Position numbers and translations under genes: made by a program. A stretch of DNA of 52,208 bases from an uncultured bacterium (GTDB taxonomy: Bacteria > Actinomycetota > Actinomycetes > Nanopelagicales > Nanopelagicaceae): NCBI GenBank assembly GCA_963977625.1, contig CAXBPX010000001.1, positions 1 through 52,208 of the forward strand, in the 5' to 3' direction. Positions 49,490 to 52,208 of this stretch are shown here, in pieces (position 1 is the first letter of the stretch; each line of letters begins with the position of its first letter). A model generated the notes under the pieces. The model was not told where the DNA came from. It saw only the letters and a list, made by a program, of their open reading frames with translations, and searched no databases.

Positions 49490-49972
49490 ATGGATGGCGT
49501 TTTGGAACGAGGCCCAGTAAAACGAGTCTCAGAAGTACTATCTCAAAATCAGATGGGGAAAGTTCATGTACTTTCCGAAACTGCCCGCACTGCTCAAGAT
49601 GCCGCTGCTGCGTTAAATATTGAAGTAGGACAAATTGCTTCTTCTTTAATTTTTAGACTTCCCGATGGATTACCAATTCTGATTATTACTAGTGGTCGTC
49701 ATCGCGTAAATACTGAATTAGTTGCGCGTACCTTAAATGTTTCACATTTAGATCGCGCAGATGCCAATTACGTAAAAGACTTAAGTGGATTTTCAGTAGG
49801 TGGCGTAAGCCCGATTGGCTGGATCACCGAAATAAACCATATTTATATTGATGAAGCGCTAAATGATTACGACGTCATTTGGGCTGCCGCTGGTCACCCA
49901 CATGCAGTCTTTCCAACCACTTATGAAGAACTCAGAAAAATTACCACAGCGACCGCTATGGCTGTTGAATAA
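49490..49972 (+). CDS. YbaK/ProX-type aminoacyl-tRNA trans-editing domain protein
   Basis: 160 aa with an SLIF segment (KSL-type motif, Lys not conserved here), GGVSPIG and a conserved C-terminal half. Confidence 0.75.
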   Translation: MDGVLERGPVKRVSEVLSQNQMGKVHVLSETARTAQDAAAALNIEVGQIASSLIFRLPDGLPILIITSGRHRVNTELVARTLNVSHLDRADANYVKDLSGFSVGGVSPIGWITEINHIYIDEALNDYDVIWAAAGHPHAVFPTTYEELRKITTATAMAVE

Positions 49973-50766
49973 TGTCAATTCGCCAATTTAATTACGGTAG
50001 AAATCGACGCGGTCGAGTTTCTGTTGGAGCAGAACGTTTTTTGTATTCTGCCCTTTTCTTAAGTATTTTGTTGCAAATAATCTTTTTATTTAATCAAAAT
50101 TCTAAATTTATTCTAGCTTCAACTATTTTTGCCGCAATTTTTTCATTGGCTCATGCGCAGTTGGCATATGCAAAAAGGTATTTTTGGAGCTATCTATTTC
50201 TGACACTAATCTTAGGTTTCACTATCGAAAAGATTTCCCTCACTACTGGTTGGCCATTTGGAAAGATTAGATACGAAAATTTAGGTGCGACATTGTTTGA
50301 AGTGCCTATGCTGGTGATGGTTTTTTGGCTAGCCTCATTACATCCTTTATTGGTTATGGCTCGAAGAATTGCTCCCAATTGGGTACTAGTTTCTGGCGCT
50401 GCAGTCATTACTGGATATGCACTATTTTTTGATCAGTTACTCTCTGCAAACAATTACAAATCTTGGACATTTAACAGTGCGCACATTCCATTTCAAACAC
50501 ATATCCCGCTTGATAATTTAGTTGGTTGGTTATTTGTGGGAGTGGTGCTATTTGGGCTTGCCAATCTAATACTGCCAAAAGAGCGCAGAAAAATTAGCGC
50601 CGGAATAGCGTCGGTGGATATTTTCCTCACGTGGACTTGGATTTATCATGTGATAGCTAATCTCTTCTTTTTCGGCAAACAAGGAACCGCTTTGATTGGT
50701 GGTTTGGTTTACGGTTTGCTTTTAATTTTCTATCTTTCCAAACGTTACTTGGGAAGCCCTAATTGA
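49972..50766 (+). CDS. carotenoid biosynthesis membrane protein family (Caroten_synth/CruF-like)
   Basis: 264 aa polytopic protein with a TTGWPFGKIRY motif and EVPMLVMVFW segment typical of this family. There is a TAATG junction with the ybaK-like gene. Confidence 0.6.
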   Translation: MSIRQFNYGRNRRGRVSVGAERFLYSALFLSILLQIIFLFNQNSKFILASTIFAAIFSLAHAQLAYAKRYFWSYLFLTLILGFTIEKISLTTGWPFGKIRYENLGATLFEVPMLVMVFWLASLHPLLVMARRIAPNWVLVSGAAVITGYALFFDQLLSANNYKSWTFNSAHIPFQTHIPLDNLVGWLFVGVVLFGLANLILPKERRKISAGIASVDIFLTWTWIYHVIANLFFFGKQGTALIGGLVYGLLLIFYLSKRYLGSPN

Positions 50767-51848
50767 GCAATTTGAGAAATAAAGTTTTTATTGAAGGTTC
50801 CAATCTTGCATCCCTTACTGCAGCTGCCAGATTAGCTAAATTCAAATATCAAGTTACGGTCTCTGGCCAGAGTTATCAAAATACCCAAGCAGGCGATTTT
50901 TCTTTTGATTACGGTCCCTTGTTTACTTTGCCTGCCGTATACCGTGATTTCTTCCAGAAAACTGGCAAACATTTTGGCCAAGTTTTAGAAATTAAGGCGA
51001 TGGACCCGGCATTTGTTTTTAATTTTGATGACACCCAAATCATTTTTGCCAATCTATCCCGCAACGAAAGATTAAAAGAGATTGAAAGCAAATTAGGTAA
51101 AGCGGCTGCGCTTGAATGGGATCGAGCATTAAAGCAGGCGGAGTATCTATGGGATAAAGTGCGGGCCAATTATTTTGAATGGGAATTTTCATTCCAAAGA
51201 TTCAATCCTGATACTTATCTAAGAATGAGAGCGATTAATTTTCAAAATCCCTACTTAAATAAGATTATGGCTAACTATGCTACTTATTTGGGTTATCCGG
51301 CAGGTATCTACAAGTGGTCTCACCTTTTGGCATTTGTGGAAGAAAGTTTTGGAATCTGGCAAGTTACTGGAGGCATGCAAGCCTTAATCGATAAGTTAAA
51401 AGATCGTGCTACAGAGCTAGGTGTTATTTTTGCCAACACTGCTGAATTTGATTATTACATTGATGCCACTCAAACTCACAATAGACCTGAGCAACGATTA
51501 ATAGGAATTGAAAATTTTCCTGACGAGCTCCCGATTCGTACGGTTCGGTTTTACAAAAATGGGTACACCACAGATATTTATGCAACAAGAATGCAGCCAG
51601 GTAAGTATTCTCTTGTAGTGACTGGGAAATTGGATATTTTGGAATTTGAGCCATACAAAGTATTTGACCAAATTCGACCAGCAGTATTCGGCGATTCTGA
51701 TAATCAGGTATTAACCAAGATCCGCACTGCAAATAAGCGCAAATTTAAGGTGCGACATATGGATTCACTTGCGCATGCAGGAATCACAGGAGAACTGCTT
51801 GCAAATGCGGTTCGGGGCATAAAGAATCGTCCAAGCCATGAACATTGA
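50763..51848 (+). CDS. CrtI/phytoene-desaturase-like protein with a degenerate dinucleotide-binding motif
   Basis: 361 aa. The N-terminus KVFIEGSNLASLTAAARLAKFKYQVTVSG aligns to the VIGAGLGGLAAAARLAKAGHxVTVLE pattern but has lost GxGxxG and the acidic ribose ligand. FDYGP and GIWQVTGGMQALIDKL match CrtI-family motifs. The TTG start overlaps the upstream TGA. Confidence 0.6.
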   Translation: MSNLRNKVFIEGSNLASLTAAARLAKFKYQVTVSGQSYQNTQAGDFSFDYGPLFTLPAVYRDFFQKTGKHFGQVLEIKAMDPAFVFNFDDTQIIFANLSRNERLKEIESKLGKAAALEWDRALKQAEYLWDKVRANYFEWEFSFQRFNPDTYLRMRAINFQNPYLNKIMANYATYLGYPAGIYKWSHLLAFVEESFGIWQVTGGMQALIDKLKDRATELGVIFANTAEFDYYIDATQTHNRPEQRLIGIENFPDELPIRTVRFYKNGYTTDIYATRMQPGKYSLVVTGKLDILEFEPYKVFDQIRPAVFGDSDNQVLTKIRTANKRKFKVRHMDSLAHAGITGELLANAVRGIKNRPSHEH

Positions 51849-52208
51849 TCTGCTGCGTCAAGGAATAGATACTGCCCTATCGGCACAACTAGAAGAATTT
51901 TGCGCCACAATTTCCGAAATTGATGAGCAATTAATTCCGATTGCAGATTCACTTAAAGTCTATTTTTCAGATGGCAAAAGATTTCGTCCAATTTTTTCTT
52001 TGCTGGGTTATTTGGGTACTGGAGCAGAACTAAATTCAAAAATTTTTGAAGCTGCGGCAGCATTAGAATTTTTACAAGCTAGCGCTTTAATTCATGATGA
52101 TTTAATGGATGGTTCTGATACCAGACGTGGTAGACCTGCAATGCATAAACAATTTGGTGATGCAGCTGCGATATTAATTGGTGATTTAGCCTTAGTTTGG
52201 GACGAACA
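51838..52208 (+). CDS. polyprenyl (geranylgeranyl) diphosphate synthase, partial (runs off the window)
   Basis: Not in the ORF track because there is no stop. My own translation is MNIDLLRQGIDTAL...LQASALIHDDLMDGSDTRRGRPAMH, which is the first DDxxD (FARM) motif. There is an 11-nt overlap with the upstream gene. Confidence 0.88.
   Translation, partial: MNIDLLRQGIDTALSAQLEEFCATISEIDEQLIPIADSLKVYFSDGKRFRPIFSLLGYLGTGAELNSKIFEAAAALEFLQASALIHDDLMDGSDTRRGRPAMHKQFGDAAAILIGDLALVWDE

Noticed and set aside
1-52208. A window-wide look for CRISPR arrays, IS elements or transposases, integrases, prophage or defence-system genes, toxin-antitoxin pairs, and rRNA or tRNA genes.
   Set aside because: None was seen. 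Every ORF longer than 90 aa on the coding strands is accounted for by housekeeping or transporter families. No spaced direct repeats were seen beyond those reported, and no terminal inverted repeats were noticed. Manual inspection cannot exclude short or diverged repeats.

Overview
The window is an AT-rich, very compact stretch of core actinobacterial chromosome. Gene order is colinear with Streptomyces SCO2026-SCO2092 and with the M. tuberculosis trp/his and dcw regions. A streamlined freshwater actinobacterium (acI/Nanopelagicales-like) is a plausible source, but that is inference only.

On the minus strand, from the right, the layout is:
- a LexA-box-controlled operon (96-aa protein, dnaE2, dinB, DUF3040 gene);
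- the complete dcw cluster mraZ-rsmH-ftsL-ftsI-murE-murF-mraY-murD-ftsW-murG-murC-ftsQ-ftsZ-pgeF-yggS-sepF-yggT;
- a gap-free run from a DksA/histone-like gene through lspA-rluD-dnaE1-hisDCBH(A/priA)FI-trpE-(52-aa ORF)-trpCBA-dsbA-like-lgt-VIT;
- gltB, which is partial at the window edge.

On the plus strand lie ileS and, at the right end, doxX, a TSUP exporter, a ybaK-like gene and a cruF-like/crtI-like/polyprenyl synthase cluster. An MFS gene sits on the minus strand in that region.

I saw no rRNA, tRNA, CRISPR array, transposase, integrase or obvious defence system.

The most interesting content is regulatory or architectural:
1. A perfect TCGAAC-N4-GTTCGA SOS box overlaps the start codon of a non-canonical mutagenesis operon. 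That operon has no imuA'/imuB; it has a small Trp-rich protein, a DnaE2 with a degenerate PHP domain and a catalytically intact DinB.
2. A 10-bp-phased AAAGTGG repeat array lies over the predicted mraZ promoter.
3. A roughly 70-nt extended hairpin lies in the mraZ-rsmH spacer, at the position of the mraW RNA motif.
4. The conserved divIVA/wag31 slot after yggT is empty.
5. A 52-codon membrane ORF is translationally coupled between trpE and trpC.
6. A CrtI-like protein lacks its dinucleotide-binding motif.

All protein calls rest on motif and synteny recognition by eye. No database search was run.
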